64,000 nucleotides of DNA from an uncultured Gemmatimonadales bacterium (GCA_963817575.1 CAWFOY010000001.1:44548-108547), one strand, 5' to 3'; shown: positions 1 to 10,046, counted from the stretch's first letter. Notes: generated by a model not told the origin, from the sequence alone. Made by a program: numbers and translations.

Positions 1-16
1 CATCTGCCCATCTATG
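1..16. repeat. Octamer array (CATCTGCC orientation), truncated by window edge
   Basis: The sequence reads catctgcc catctatg and sits directly upstream of the uvrA ATG at 25. It uses the same unit as the other arrays in the window. Confidence 0.7.
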
Positions 17-18
17 TT
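13..18 (+). promoter_or_regulatory. -10-like TANNNT (TATGTT) 6 nt before the uvrA ATG; possible leaderless promoter
   Basis: The context is TATGTT-tcccgc-ATG with no Shine-Dalgarno sequence. The same geometry recurs at four other genes in the window. Confidence 0.3.
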
Positions 19-24
19 TCCCGC

Positions 25-2826
25 ATGCCGCCTCCCGTCATCCGCATCGTCAACGCCCGCCAGAACAATCTGAAGGGCATCACCGTCGATCTCCCGAGGC
101 GCGCAGTGGTGGTGATCACCGGCCCCTCGGGATCGGGCAAGAGCTCGCTCGCCTTCGAGACCCTGTATGCCGAGGGGCAGCGCCGCTATATCGAATCGCT
201 CTCCACGTACGCCAAGCAGTTCCTGGACCGGATGCCGAAGCCGCTCGTGGACCGGCTCGACGGGATTCCGCCCGCCGTGGCGATCCAGCAGCACAATCCG
301 ATCGTCTCGAGCCGGTCCACCGTCGGCACGGCCACCGAGATCTACGACTACCTTCGCCTCCTGTGGGCGCGGGTCGGCACGACGTACTGCCGGGCCTGCG
401 GCGCCCTCGTCCGCCGCGACACGACCGATTCGGCGGCCGAGGCGACGCTGGCGCTCGGCGAGGGCCGGCTGCAGGTCACCTTTCCCCTCCCGGCTTCCGC
501 GCGACACAGCCACGCCGCGATCGTTGAGAACCTGCGGGCGCTGGGCTTCGTCCGGGTGCTCGCCGACGGCGAGGCGCTGCACCTGGAAGAATTGCCGGCC
601 AACACCGACCTGACTCGCGCGGGCGACCTGCTGGTTGTGGTCGATCGTCTGCGGGCCGAGCCCTCCGCCCGTGGCCGCCTGGTGGACGCGCTCGCAACCG
701 CGTTCCAGGAAGGCGAAGGCGTCGCGATCACGGTGCACGACGCCGGCCGGCTCCGGTTTACCGTGTTTCCAAGCTGCAGCCGTTGCGACACGCAGGCACG
801 CGCGCCGACACCAGCGTTGTTCTCCTTCAATAATCCGCGCGGCGCGTGCGCGGCTTGCAACGGGTTCGGCGCGGTGCTCGAGTACGATGAATCACTGGTC
901 GTCCCCGATCCGTCCCGGAGCCTGGCCGAGGGCGCCATCGACCCGTGGACCAAGCCGCGCTACGAGGCGCGGCGCCGCCTCCTGCTGGAAACAGCGAGGA
1001 AACTGGCTGTTGATCCCCATCGCGCGTGGTCCCGCCTCAAGGCCGCCGACCGCCACACGCTGCTCCACGGCAAGTCGGGCCGGTACCTCGGCATCTTCCC
1101 GTTCCTCAAGGGTCTGGAGGAGAAGCGATACAAGCAGTATATCCGCGTCTTCCTGCGGCAGTACCAGCTCGCGCTCACCTGTCCCACCTGCCTGGGCACC
1201 CGGCTCAATGAGCACGCGCTGGCCGTGCGGATCGGCGGCGAAGACATCGCCGCGGTCAGTGCCCGATCGGTGGACGCGGTGCACGAATGGCTCGGCCGTC
1301 TGGCCCTTACCGACACCGAGCGCACCATCGCCCAGTCCATTCTCGACCAGCTGGCAGCCCGGCTCGAGTATCTCCGCGACGTCGGCCTCGGCTACCTCAC
1401 CCTGAACCGTCAGGCGCGCACCCTCTCCGGCGGCGAGGCCCAGCGCATCGCCCTCGCCAATGCCCTCGGCTCCCGTCTGGTCGACTCGCTGTACGTGCTC
1501 GACGAGCCCTCGATCGGTCTCCACCCGAGGGACACCGACCGCCTGCTCGCGCTGCTCCGGCGGCTCCGGGACCTCGGCAATACGGTGGTCGTCGTGGAAC
1601 ACGATCTCGCCGCGGTCCAGCAGGCCGATTTCATGCTCGAGCTGGGGCCGGGCTCCGGCGAGCATGGCGGGCAGATCGTTCACGCCGGGCCGCTGGAAAC
1701 GGCGGGTGACTCCCTGACCGGGCAGTACCTGAGCGGACGCAAGCGGATCGCCGTTCCGAGCGTCCGGCGGCGGGCTGGGCCGCACTGGCTCCGGGTCCGT
1801 GGCGCCACCCTTCACAATCTGCGGGGCGTGGACGCGGACATTCCCCTCGGCACGCTGACGGCGGTCACGGGGGTCTCGGGCTCGGGCAAGAGCTCGCTGG
1901 TGCACGACGTGCTCTACCGCAATCTGGAGGCGAAGCTCCACGGTTCCCATTCCGCCAAGTCGCACCTCGGCGAGGCGGTGGGCGACGTGGCCTCTCTGAC
2001 CGGGGCCGGACTGCTCGACGATGTACTGCTGGTCGACCAGTCCCCCATCGGCAGGACGCCGCGTTCGAATCCGGTCACCTACGTGAAGGCGTTCGACGAG
2101 ATCCGCGAGCTCTTCGCGGCCCAGCCGCTCAGCCTGGCGCGTGGTTACACCGCCTCCACATTCTCGTTCAACCTGCCCGGCGGACGGTGTGAGGAGTGCG
2201 AGGGGGCGGGCCACGTTCAGGTGGAGATGGTGTTCCTGGCGGATGTGTACGTGCCATGCGAGACCTGCGGCGGCACCCGCTTCCGGCGCGAGGTGCTCGA
2301 TGTCCGGATAAACGGCATCTCAATCCATGATGTCCTGCAATGGACGGTCGAGGAGGCCATTACCCGGTTCCGGCACCAGCCGCGTCTCGGCGCCGCGCTC
2401 TGGCAGCTGCAGCAGGTCGGCCTCGGCTATCTGCGGCTGGGCCAGCCGGCCACGACGCTGTCGGGCGGCGAGGCCCAACGGCTGAAGATCGCCCGCGAGC
2501 TGGCCAGCGCAGGCCGTCGCGGTGGACGCAAGCTCTACATCCTCGATGAACCGACGACCGGACTTCACCTGGACGACGTGCGCGTGCTGCTCCAGGTGCT
2601 CGACCGCCTCGTGGACGCCGGCCATACCGTGCTCGTCATCGAGCATCACCCCGACGTCATCAAACGCGCGGACTGGGTGATCGACCTGGGGCCCGAGGCG
2701 GGGGACGGAGGAGGGAGAGTTGTTGCGCAAGGCACCCCGGAGCATGTTGCGGGCGTCGCGGAGTCCCACACCGGGCGCTACCTCGCGCCCCTGCTGAGTG
2801 AATTGGATGCCATGGTGACCGCATGA
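25..2826 (+). CDS. uvrA: Excinuclease ABC subunit A (UvrA family)
   Basis: 933-aa ORF with two ABC ATPase halves (Walker [13 protein letters not shown] and [11 protein letters not shown]; LSGGEAQR signature twice). Cys-rich zinc modules are present (CRACG, CAACNG, CPTCLG, CEECEG..CETCGG). The protein is collinear with E. coli UvrA. Confidence 0.93.
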   Translation: MPPPVIRIVNARQNNLKGITVDLPRRAVVVITGPSGSGKSSLAFETLYAEGQRRYIESLSTYAKQFLDRMPKPLVDRLDGIPPAVAIQQHNPIVSSRSTVGTATEIYDYLRLLWARVGTTYCRACGALVRRDTTDSAAEATLALGEGRLQVTFPLPASARHSHAAIVENLRALGFVRVLADGEALHLEELPANTDLTRAGDLLVVVDRLRAEPSARGRLVDALATAFQEGEGVAITVHDAGRLRFTVFPSCSRCDTQARAPTPALFSFNNPRGACAACNGFGAVLEYDESLVVPDPSRSLAEGAIDPWTKPRYEARRRLLLETARKLAVDPHRAWSRLKAADRHTLLHGKSGRYLGIFPFLKGLEEKRYKQYIRVFLRQYQLALTCPTCLGTRLNEHALAVRIGGEDIAAVSARSVDAVHEWLGRLALTDTERTIAQSILDQLAARLEYLRDVGLGYLTLNRQARTLSGGEAQRIALANALGSRLVDSLYVLDEPSIGLHPRDTDRLLALLRRLRDLGNTVVVVEHDLAAVQQADFMLELGPGSGEHGGQIVHAGPLETAGDSLTGQYLSGRKRIAVPSVRRRAGPHWLRVRGATLHNLRGVDADIPLGTLTAVTGVSGSGKSSLVHDVLYRNLEAKLHGSHSAKSHLGEAVGDVASLTGAGLLDDVLLVDQSPIGRTPRSNPVTYVKAFDEIRELFAAQPLSLARGYTASTFSFNLPGGRCEECEGAGHVQVEMVFLADVYVPCETCGGTRFRREVLDVRINGISIHDVLQWTVEEAITRFRHQPRLGAALWQLQQVGLGYLRLGQPATTLSGGEAQRLKIARELASAGRRGGRKLYILDEPTTGLHLDDVRVLLQVLDRLVDAGHTVLVIEHHPDVIKRADWVIDLGPEAGDGGGRVVAQGTPEHVAGVAESHTGRYLAPLLSELDAMVTA

Positions 2827-3452
2827 GCCTGTCCTTCGATCCGCGCGATGCGATCCGCCACTTGCGGCGCGCCGATCCCGCCCTGGCGCGAGTCATCCGC
2901 CTGGCGGGCCCTTTCCCGTTGGAACCTGCCCGCCGGATGTCGATCTTCGAGGCCCTGCTCGTGTCGATCGTCCACCAGCAGTTGAGCGGTAAGGCGGCGG
3001 CGACCATCCACGGCCGCGTCGTCGCGCTCTATTCGCCGCGACGCGCCCCGCGGCCCGAGGAGCTGCTCGCCACTGCGGACGAGGAGTTGCGCCGCGCCGG
3101 GCTCTCGCGGAACAAGACGCTCGCGGTGAAAGACCTCGCGGCCAAGTGCGCCTCCGGAGTCGTGCCGAGCATGGCCCAGCTCCGACGGATGCCCGATGAG
3201 ATGGTCGTCGAGCGGCTGACCGCGGTGCGTGGAGTGGGCCGCTGGACGGCGGAGATGGTGCTGATGTTCCGGCTGGTGCGGCCCGACGTCCTGCCGATCG
3301 ATGATCTGGGCATCCGGAAAGGATTCCAGCGGGTGTACGGCCGGCGGCGGCTGCCAACGCCGCTCGCCGTGGCGCGCCACGGGGAGCGGTGGCGCCCTTA
3401 TCGGACCGTGGCGTCCTGGTACTTGTGGCGCTCGCTCGAATCCCCGCCCTGA
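2823..3452 (+). CDS. DNA-3-methyladenine glycosylase II-like HhH-GPD base-excision enzyme
   Basis: 209-aa ORF with an HhH-GPD signature (LTAVRGVGRWTAEMVLMF) and a catalytic Asp context (LPIDDLGIRKG). Its start overlaps the uvrA stop by ATGA. Confidence 0.8.
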   Translation: MSLSFDPRDAIRHLRRADPALARVIRLAGPFPLEPARRMSIFEALLVSIVHQQLSGKAAATIHGRVVALYSPRRAPRPEELLATADEELRRAGLSRNKTLAVKDLAAKCASGVVPSMAQLRRMPDEMVVERLTAVRGVGRWTAEMVLMFRLVRPDVLPIDDLGIRKGFQRVYGRRRLPTPLAVARHGERWRPYRTVASWYLWRSLESPP

Positions 3453-5491
3453 AGCAGATCGGTCGCTGCCGCGATCGCCTCGTGGGTTCCGGTGAGCGCC
3501 AGCACGTCGCCGTTGCGCAGGTGTTCCCGCGCGGACGGAAAGACCATCCGCTCGTCACCCCGCCTCAGCCCGACCACTGACGCCCCGGTCAGGCCGCGCA
3601 GGTTGAGCTCCGCCAGGCTCTGCCCCGATCCGGGGCTCCCCGCCCCGATCGTGACCTGAGTGAGATCGCCGATGCCGGGCAGGATCTTTCGCACCTCTTC
3701 CAGCATGCCGTCCTCACCCGTCGTCCGGCGATTCTGCCGCGCCAGCGCCTCGACGATCATCGTCGCCCCGGCCCGTACGTGGCCCTGCAGGTCGCGCGCG
3801 GAGCGCCAGAATGCGAGACCAAGCAGGAGCAGCAGCACGCCGAGGAACGCGGGGCCGCCGTAGGCCGGCAGGAACGGAAGCGTCACCGCGACGAGGGGGG
3901 CGCCGACGATCAGCACGATGCCGATCTGAATGCTGAGCCGGAGCGCGCGGCGCGGGGCGAGACCGAGGTCGGCCTTGCCGGGATTCGGCAGGGGCACGGC
4001 CATCGTGGAGAGCAGGGTTCCCAGGGCACGCGCGGCGCGGGCGATGCCATACAGGAGCGGAAACAGCACGGCGAGGGCCAGGGCCACGGCGCCGAGACGG
4101 ATCGCGGGCGGATCGAATCCGGTCAGCGTCGCGAGGTGCGCGGTGCCGCGGGTCACCGCCAGGGTCGAGCCCGCCACGATGGTCGCGAGCAGGACCGCGT
4201 CGAGGACGATGAACCGGGTGAGGCGGCGGATCCGGGCAGCCGGGGTGTTCGCTCGGGCGGCAAGCCGCGCCGATTCGACCCACGAGCCGTAGAGCGTGGC
4301 ATAGGTCTGCAACGCCCGGGGGAGCCGCCGGTCGGCGTAGTTCGCGACGGCGCTCGACTGCCCTACCAGCCAGTGCGTCGAGAGGGCCGTAATGGCCGCG
4401 ACCGCGACCGCCACGGGCGGAATGAAATCGCGTACGGCTCCGCTGGCGACACCGATCCCGGCGATGATGAAGGAGAACTCGCCGATCTGCGCGAGCGAGA
4501 GCCCCGCGCGCACGGCGGTGCGCGTTCCGAGGCCGGCGAGGAAGGTTCCGGCGGTGACGCCGGCGAACTTGCCGAGCAGGACTACAATCGTGAGAACAAC
4601 GATCGCGCCCCAGTGAGCCGGAATCGCGCCGGGCTCGATGGACATGCCGACCGCGACGAAGAAAATCGCGGCGAACATGTCGCGCAGCGGCCGCACCAGC
4701 GGTTCGACCTGGCGGCCCGCCCCGCCCTCCGCCACGAGCGCGCCGGCGAGGAATGCCCCGAGGGCGACCGAGTAGCCGGCAGCATGAGCCAGGAGGGCCA
4801 GGCCGAAGCAGAGCCCGACGCTTGCCACCAGCGTCGTCTCGTCCCGCCGGAGCCGCACCACCCAGCGAATCCAGCGGGGGACAATGAAGAGCCCCACGAC
4901 CATGACCCCCGCCAGGAAGGCCACCAGCCGAGTCAGCGTGCCGGCCACAACGTCGGCGGAGGGTCCCACGCCGGTCGCAACGGCGGTGAGCACCGCGATG
5001 AAGAGGATCGCGACGAGGTCCTCCACGACCAGCACCCCGTACACCACCTCGGCCAGCTTTCCTGCGATGTGCCGCTCGTGAAAGACCTTGGCAATGATCA
5101 TCGTGCTCGAAATCGACACGATCGCGCCGGCGAAGAGACTCTCCAGCCGGGTCCAGCCCATGAGCTGCCCGGCGATGAAGCCGAGTCCGAGGCACAGCCC
5201 CACCTCGATGGCCACAATGAGGCCGGCCGTGGAGGCGAGCCGCCCGAGCTTCCGCACCGTGAAGCCGAGCCCGAGGGAGAACATCAGCAGGATGACGCCG
5301 AGCTCGGAGAGCGTGCGCACGGTTTCGACGTCGGCCTGGACTGGCGGAAAGTCGTGCGGGCCGAGGGCGATCCCCGCCACCAGATAGCCCAGGACCGGGG
5401 GCAGCCGCAGGCGCTGGAAGAGGACGCTCGTGACGGCGGCGATGCCGAGGACGAGGGCCAGATTGGTCAGGAAGGCGGCGGCGGAGTCCAT
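3398..5491 (-). CDS. Monovalent cation:proton antiporter (CPA2/Kef-type) with C-terminal RCK/TrkA-C domain
   Basis: 697-aa ORF with a polytopic N-terminus (LVLGIAAVTSVLFQRLRLPPVLGYLVAGIALGP) typical of KefB/YbaL. The C-terminal TrkA-C-like segment reads GQSLAELNLRGLTGASVVGLRRGDERMVFP. The 3' end overlaps the glycosylase gene by 55 nt in convergent orientation. Confidence 0.85.
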   Translation of the reverse strand: MDSAAAFLTNLALVLGIAAVTSVLFQRLRLPPVLGYLVAGIALGPHDFPPVQADVETVRTLSELGVILLMFSLGLGFTVRKLGRLASTAGLIVAIEVGLCLGLGFIAGQLMGWTRLESLFAGAIVSISSTMIIAKVFHERHIAGKLAEVVYGVLVVEDLVAILFIAVLTAVATGVGPSADVVAGTLTRLVAFLAGVMVVGLFIVPRWIRWVVRLRRDETTLVASVGLCFGLALLAHAAGYSVALGAFLAGALVAEGGAGRQVEPLVRPLRDMFAAIFFVAVGMSIEPGAIPAHWGAIVVLTIVVLLGKFAGVTAGTFLAGLGTRTAVRAGLSLAQIGEFSFIIAGIGVASGAVRDFIPPVAVAVAAITALSTHWLVGQSSAVANYADRRLPRALQTYATLYGSWVESARLAARANTPAARIRRLTRFIVLDAVLLATIVAGSTLAVTRGTAHLATLTGFDPPAIRLGAVALALAVLFPLLYGIARAARALGTLLSTMAVPLPNPGKADLGLAPRRALRLSIQIGIVLIVGAPLVAVTLPFLPAYGGPAFLGVLLLLLGLAFWRSARDLQGHVRAGATMIVEALARQNRRTTGEDGMLEEVRKILPGIGDLTQVTIGAGSPGSGQSLAELNLRGLTGASVVGLRRGDERMVFPSAREHLRNGDVLALTGTHEAIAAATDLLQGGDSSERHKYQDATVR

Positions 5492-5497
5492 GGAGGG

Positions 5498-5503
5498 AAG
5501 ATA
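5498..5503 (-). promoter_or_regulatory. -10-like TANNNT (TATCTT) 6 nt before the antiporter ATG
   Basis: The minus strand reads catctgcc catctgcc cgtctgtc caTATCTTccctccATG. No SD sequence is present. Confidence 0.3.
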
Positions 5504-5504
5504 T

Positions 5505-5536
5505 GGACAGACGGGCAGATGGGCAGATGGGCGGGA
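5505..5536. repeat. Octamer array, about 4 units (GGACAGAC GGGCAGAT GGGCAGAT GGGCGGGA)
   Basis: Read directly from the sequence. It lies between the divergent antiporter and C-N hydrolase genes. Confidence 0.85.
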
Positions 5537-5606
5537 GAACGTTGGCGCCGGGCCCAGGCACCACTATGATGGGAGGAGGTGGCGCACCCGCACTCGGGAG
5601 CTCGGC

Positions 5607-6494
5607 ATGGAACGGCTTCGCGTGGCGTCGATGCAGTACTACATCCGGCCGGTCCAGACATTCGAGCAATTCCGGGACCAGGTTGAAGCGCTGGTCCTGA
5701 CCGCCGCCGATTACGACTGCCGCCTGGTCGTGTTCCCGGAGTACTTCACCGTCCAGCTGCTTACTCTGGGCGATATCAAGCGCCCAATCCGCGATCAGAT
5801 CCGCGACCTCGCCCGCCAGCAACCTCGCTACCTGGAGCTCTTCACGGACCTGGCGAAACGCGCCGGCGTGTACATCGTCGGCGGCACCATTCCCGTGGTC
5901 GACGAGGCCGATGACATGGTGTACAACCAGTGTTACGTCTTCGGGCCGTCCGGCGGGCACGACACGCAGGGGAAACTGCACACGACCCGCTTCGAATCGG
6001 AGGAGTGGGACATCCGGCCGCGCTCGACGGTCAAGGTGTTCCAGACAGAATTGGGTCCGATTGCCGTGGCGATTTGCTACGACGTCGAGTTTCCGGAAAT
6101 CGCGCGGGTGGCCGCGCGGGAGGGCGCGAATATCCTCGTGGTTCCCAGTTGCACGGATGACCGCCAGGGGTTTCTTCGGGTCAGGTATTGTGCGCACGCC
6201 CGCGCCATCGAGAATCAGATGTATGTGATTCAATCGGCCACGGTCGGGTCGTTGCCACAGGTCCCTGCGGTGCACCTCAACTACGGGCAGGCCGCGATTC
6301 TCACGCCGAGTGATTTCCTGTTTTCGCGGGATGGAATCCTGGCGGAAGGAAACCCGAACCAGGAAATGATGGTCATCGGAGACCTGAACATGGTGACGAT
6401 CAACAACACCCGGACGTCCGGCACCGTGCTGCCCCTGCTCGATAGCCGGCGCACGGCTGAGATCACGGCGAAGGTGGAGGTGAGCCGCATATGA
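5607..6494 (+). CDS. Carbon-nitrogen hydrolase (nitrilase superfamily) protein
   Basis: The Glu-Lys-Cys triad contexts are present (VVFPEYF, GKLHTTRFE, IAVAICYDVEFPE). I prefer ATG 5607 (MERLRVASMQYYIRP) because the track start at 5430 runs through the octamer array. Confidence 0.85.
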   Translation: MERLRVASMQYYIRPVQTFEQFRDQVEALVLTAADYDCRLVVFPEYFTVQLLTLGDIKRPIRDQIRDLARQQPRYLELFTDLAKRAGVYIVGGTIPVVDEADDMVYNQCYVFGPSGGHDTQGKLHTTRFESEEWDIRPRSTVKVFQTELGPIAVAICYDVEFPEIARVAAREGANILVVPSCTDDRQGFLRVRYCAHARAIENQMYVIQSATVGSLPQVPAVHLNYGQAAILTPSDFLFSRDGILAEGNPNQEMMVIGDLNMVTINNTRTSGTVLPLLDSRRTAEITAKVEVSRI

Positions 6495-7210
6495 ACGCGG
6501 TCGAGGCGCTGCCCGCCGTGGATGTCAGGGTCACGCTGGACTCGGACATCCCGGGCGTCATCGAACTCAGTCGCGACGTATACCCCAGCTCCGCGCCCTG
6601 GGCGGAGAAGCAACTGGCCTCCCATCTCGCCGTGTTCCCGGAGGGGCAGTTTGTCGCCATCGAGCGATCATCCGGTCGGGTGGTCGGCATGGCGGCCAGC
6701 CTCATCGTGCTCTGGGATGATTACGACACGGTAGGTACCTGGCGCGACTTCACCGATGGCGGGTACTTCCGGAACCACGACCCGATGCGGGGGCGGACGC
6801 TCTATGGCGCGGAGGTGATGGTCGCACCGGACATGCAGGGCAAGGGGGTCGGCTCCGCGCTCTACGCAGCCCGTGAGGCGCTCGTGCGCTGGCGGAAACT
6901 GCTCCGGATCCGGGCTGGTGCGCGACTGCGCGGCTATCACCGCGTGGCATCCAGAATGAGTCCGGCGGAGTACGTGACGCGAGTCCTACGGAACGACCTG
7001 ACGGATCCAACGCTCTCGTTCCAGCTGGCCCACGGATTTCGGGTGCTGGCGGTCGTGGCCGGTTACCTGCGCCACGATCCGCAGAGCCTGGGGTTTGCGG
7101 CGGTGATCGAATGGATCAACAAGGAAGTGGCGACGCCCTCGGACTACCAGGCGCACTCGGTGTGGCACAAGACAGCTCCCGAGGAGGGACTCGAACCCCC
7201 GACCCGCTGA
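6491..7210 (+). CDS. GNAT family N-acetyltransferase
   Basis: 239-aa ORF with an acetyl-CoA-binding-type motif (VAPDMQGKGVGSALYAAREALV). Its start overlaps the hydrolase stop by ATGA. The last 35 nt overlap tRNA-Asn on the opposite strand. Confidence 0.75.
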   Translation: MNAVEALPAVDVRVTLDSDIPGVIELSRDVYPSSAPWAEKQLASHLAVFPEGQFVAIERSSGRVVGMAASLIVLWDDYDTVGTWRDFTDGGYFRNHDPMRGRTLYGAEVMVAPDMQGKGVGSALYAAREALVRWRKLLRIRAGARLRGYHRVASRMSPAEYVTRVLRNDLTDPTLSFQLAHGFRVLAVVAGYLRHDPQSLGFAAVIEWINKEVATPSDYQAHSVWHKTAPEEGLEPPTR

Positions 7211-7249
7211 TTAACAGTCAGCTGCTCTAACCAACTGAGCTACTCGGGA
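7176..7249 (-). tRNA. tRNA-Asn (anticodon GTT)
   Basis: I folded it by hand. The acceptor stem is TCCCGAG/CTCGGGA, the anticodon arm is GCTGA-CTGTTAA-TCAGC, and the T-loop is GGTTCGAGTCC. CCA is not encoded. Confidence 0.9.
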
Positions 7250-7440
7250 AGGTGCTGCTACGCGGTGCAATCTTAATCAGCTGGCAGAAGGCGGGGAAGC
7301 GGGAAAGCGGGGACTTCCCTGCCTTGCCCCTTCCCGCCCGTTTTCCACCCTACCCACGCTCCTATCCACCCGTTTTCCGCTCTTTCCACATCCGGGTGCC
7401 CGAAAATCGACCCTCACGGTCGATGTGACAGGTCACTCGA

Positions 7441-7680
7441 TTGATGTCCCAGTCCCACAACATGTGTGACCCGAAACACAAAGCTATCACACTCGTAATA
7501 AATGAGTTATGCCACAGATGAGTGCCTGCTCACATAAATTTCATTGCGAGTAAGTGCTTACATAAGTTCCCGGGTCGGTCCAGGTGCCAAATTGGCGCAA
7601 TTCCGGACCTCAAGAACGCATCTAAGTCGTTGTTGAAAAAGATGTTACACTTCAGGCGCTTCCCATCTGCCTCCCGCGTT
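7441..7680. other. Low-GC non-coding island upstream of holB
   Basis: My hand count gives 114 G+C in 240 nt, or 47.5%, against about 70% in adjacent coding DNA. It contains the palindromes GTGACagGTCAC (just upstream, near 7430) and GCCAAaTTGGC (near 7586), and has no credible ORF. Confidence 0.6.
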
Positions 7681-7681
7681 T

Positions 7682-7687
7682 TACCTT
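7682..7687 (+). promoter_or_regulatory. -10-like TANNNT (TACCTT) 6 nt before the holB ATG
   Basis: The context is cccatctgcctcccgcgttt TACCTT cgtacc ATG. One CATCTGCC unit sits at 7664-7671, and there is no SD sequence. Confidence 0.25.
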
Positions 7688-7693
7688 CGTACC

Positions 7694-8785
7694 ATGACAC
7701 TGAAGCCCCTGGTGGGCCACGCCGACTCCCGGTCCCGTGTATCACGGGCCATCCGAGAAGGCCGGCTTCCCCAGGTGCTGCTGCTGACCGGGCCCGCAGG
7801 CGTCGGGAAGCAACGCCTGGCGCTCTGGATCGCGCAGTTGCTGTACTGCGAGCGGCCCGGCCTGGAGCCGTGCGGGGACTGTCGAGGCTGTCGGCTGGTA
7901 CTGGGGCTCGGGCATCCGGACCTCCATTGGATCGTCCCGATTCCCCGCCCCAAGGCGGCGGAGCCGGACAAGCAGGTCGAGGAGGCGGGCGAGGCCATCG
8001 CGGAAGCGCTGGCGGAGCGGCGGGCAGCGCCGCTGTACTTGCCTCCCGATGGGCTCTCGGCGCACGGGATGGCCACGGCGCGGCTGATCGCGCGACGGGC
8101 TGCCCTCACGCCGGTCGAAGGCAAGCGGAAGGTGTTCGTCATCGGCGAGGCCGAACGGCTCGTTCCGCAGGAGGCGAATCCGGAGGCGGCGAACGCCCTC
8201 CTCAAGCTTCTCGAGGAGCCGCCCGGTGATACGACGTTCGTCCTCACCACTGCGGACCCGGCGCGCGTGCTGCCGACCATCCGGTCTCGCGCGGTGCCGC
8301 TCAGGCTCGGGCGATTGACCGACGCTGAGGTGTCGGGGTTCCTGGCGGCGCACCTGGAGCCGCCACCGCCGCCCGCCGAGTTGGGACGTATCGTGACTCG
8401 GGCGGCCGGCTCCATCGGCGCGGCGCTCACACAGGGAGACGAGGCCCAGGCCGCGCAGGTGGCCGCGAACGCCTATCTGGAGTCGGTGTTGAGCGGACCC
8501 GCCGCGCGATTCGAACGGGCGCTGGCGCAGGGACCTTGGCAGGCGCGGGGTGATTTCACGGGGATGCTCGATGCGCTGGCCGAGACCCTGGACGACGCGG
8601 CTCGCGGTGCGGTGGGAGTCGCCGAGCGGCGCGCGGTCCCGGCGGCGCTCCGGGAGCGCACCTCGCCGGAACGCCTGCTTAAGGCGCTTGGCCTGGTCGC
8701 CGAGGCCCGGGAGGCAGCGCAGGGAAACGTGAACCCGCAGCTGCTGCTGGCGAGTCTGGGCGAGGATCTGGCGGAGGCCCTGTGA
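7694..8785 (+). CDS. holB: DNA polymerase III subunit delta-prime
   Basis: 363-aa ORF with an AAA+ clamp-loader N-terminus ([15 protein letters not shown]). It also has the zinc module CGDCRGC and the SRC-type motif TIRSRAV. Confidence 0.85.
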   Translation: MTLKPLVGHADSRSRVSRAIREGRLPQVLLLTGPAGVGKQRLALWIAQLLYCERPGLEPCGDCRGCRLVLGLGHPDLHWIVPIPRPKAAEPDKQVEEAGEAIAEALAERRAAPLYLPPDGLSAHGMATARLIARRAALTPVEGKRKVFVIGEAERLVPQEANPEAANALLKLLEEPPGDTTFVLTTADPARVLPTIRSRAVPLRLGRLTDAEVSGFLAAHLEPPPPPAELGRIVTRAAGSIGAALTQGDEAQAAQVAANAYLESVLSGPAARFERALAQGPWQARGDFTGMLDALAETLDDAARGAVGVAERRAVPAALRERTSPERLLKALGLVAEAREAAQGNVNPQLLLASLGEDLAEAL

Positions 8786-9240
8786 AGCTCACGCATGTCG
8801 ACGCCGAAGGCCGGGCCCGGATGGTAGACGTGGGCGACAAGCCGGTTTCCGTGCGCAGGGCCGTCGCGGAAGGCAAGGTGCGGATGTCCGCCGGGGCGTA
8901 TGAGCTCGTGGCCCGGCATGAAGTGGCCAAGGGAGATGTCCTGGCAGTAAGCGAAGTGGCCGGCACGATGGCGGCCAAGCGCACGGGGGAGTTGATCCCC
9001 CTGTGTCACCCGCTCATGCTCGACCTGGTTCAGGTCGAGGCGCGGCTCGAGCCCGAGCTGCCGGGGGTACGGGTGACGGCGACGGTGCGGTCGGAAGGAC
9101 GCACCGGCGTCGAGATGGAGGCCCTGACCGCGGTAGCGGTGGCCTGCCTGACCGTGTACGACATGGTCAAGGCGGTCGACCGTGAGATGACCGTCGAAGG
9201 GGTGCGGTTGCTGGAGAAGACCGGCGGGACGCATGCATGA
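8782..9240 (+). CDS. moaC: Cyclic pyranopterin monophosphate synthase MoaC
   Basis: 152-aa ORF carrying the MoaC motifs [22 protein letters not shown] and [10 protein letters not shown]. It overlaps the holB stop by 4 nt. Confidence 0.92.
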   Translation: MKLTHVDAEGRARMVDVGDKPVSVRRAVAEGKVRMSAGAYELVARHEVAKGDVLAVSEVAGTMAAKRTGELIPLCHPLMLDLVQVEARLEPELPGVRVTATVRSEGRTGVEMEALTAVAVACLTVYDMVKAVDREMTVEGVRLLEKTGGTHA

Positions 9241-9979
9241 CGGCGTCTCACCGGCCACTCGAGACAGGAGGAACGACATGACGACCCGAACCGACTCCCA
9301 GACCGACGGCATGCGTCCGCCGGCCCGGCTGTTCATGCGGGGAGGTTTGCTCCTCGGTGCGGCCGTGCTGGTGAGCGCACTCGCGGGCTGGCCGCGGCGG
9401 GCCGGCGCAGATGACTCGGCGCCCTCGCCATCGGCCGAGTTCGTCTCGCGCGAGATTCAGGACCTGACCGGCCGTCTTCAGGCGGCGCAGGGCGAAGCTG
9501 CATTGCTCAGAATCCAGCTGGAGCGCGCGGAGGCGGTGCACGGCTACTCCACGCAGTACCAGATTCCGGCCGACCTGGCCGCCTCGATCTACGATATCGC
9601 GCTGAGCGAGGGGATCGAGCCTGCGCTGGCGTTCCGGCTGGTGAAAGTGGAGAGCAACTTCAAGCAGACCGCGCGCAGTAACAAGGCGGCCATCGGCTAC
9701 ACGCAGCTCCGGCTGGCCACCGCGCGCTATTACCAACCCGGCATCACCGAGACCGAACTGGCCAACCGTGACGTGAACCTGCGGATTGGCTTCAGGTTCC
9801 TGAAGGACCTGCTCGAGCGGTTCGACAACAACCTGAACCATGCCCTCCTGGCCTATAACCGGGGGCCCACCATCGTGGCCGGGATCCTGGCCCAGGGCGG
9901 GGATCCGGCGAACGGGTATACGACCAAGGTACTCCGTGGAGACCCGCGCGCCGGGAAGCTCCCGACGACGCTGAACTGA
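9233..9979 (+). CDS. Lytic transglycosylase (SLT domain) protein
   Basis: The SLT motifs [21 protein letters not shown] and LLAYNRGP are present, with an N-terminal hydrophobic signal/anchor. The start is uncertain; alternatives are ATG 9278 or later. Confidence 0.75.
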   Translation: MHDGVSPATRDRRNDMTTRTDSQTDGMRPPARLFMRGGLLLGAAVLVSALAGWPRRAGADDSAPSPSAEFVSREIQDLTGRLQAAQGEAALLRIQLERAEAVHGYSTQYQIPADLAASIYDIALSEGIEPALAFRLVKVESNFKQTARSNKAAIGYTQLRLATARYYQPGITETELANRDVNLRIGFRFLKDLLERFDNNLNHALLAYNRGPTIVAGILAQGGDPANGYTTKVLRGDPRAGKLPTTLN

Positions 9980-9982
9980 TCA

Positions 9983-10044
9983 CAGATGGGCAGATGGGCA
10001 GATGGGCAGTCGAAGGTGCTGACCGCCTGTCCGACTGTCCGACG
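9983..10044. repeat. Composite repeat: (CAGATGGG)x3 + core TCGAAGGTGCTGAC + (CGCCTGTC/CGACTGTC) array
   Basis: Read directly from the sequence. It lies between the convergent SLT and ctaA genes. The same core follows arrays at 16079-16093 and 22986-22998. Confidence 0.85.
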
Positions 10045-10046
10045 CT

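Noticed and set aside
25-2826. Whether the UvrA is a class II (UvrA2) paralogue lacking the UvrB-binding domain
   Set aside because: The ORF is full length at 933 aa. It retains a ~140-aa insert at the position of the UvrB-binding domain and all the zinc modules. The sequence is divergent in places, but I see no domain loss.
3714-6275. 853-aa minus-strand ORF, plus similar long track ORFs (892-2214, 3779-5569, 45734-47632, 54306-56453, 57945-59819, 59746-60966)
   Set aside because: They lie antisense to, or out of frame with, genes that have clear family motifs. Their translations are Arg/Pro/Gly/Ala-rich low-complexity strings typical of stop-poor alternative frames in ~70% GC DNA.
7250-7693. 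Integrated mobile element or prophage remnant at tRNA-Asn
   Set aside because: The low-GC DNA lies on the 5' (promoter) side of the tRNA, not at its 3' end where integrases target. There is no integrase and no duplicated tRNA 3' segment in the window. I kept it only as a compositional anomaly.
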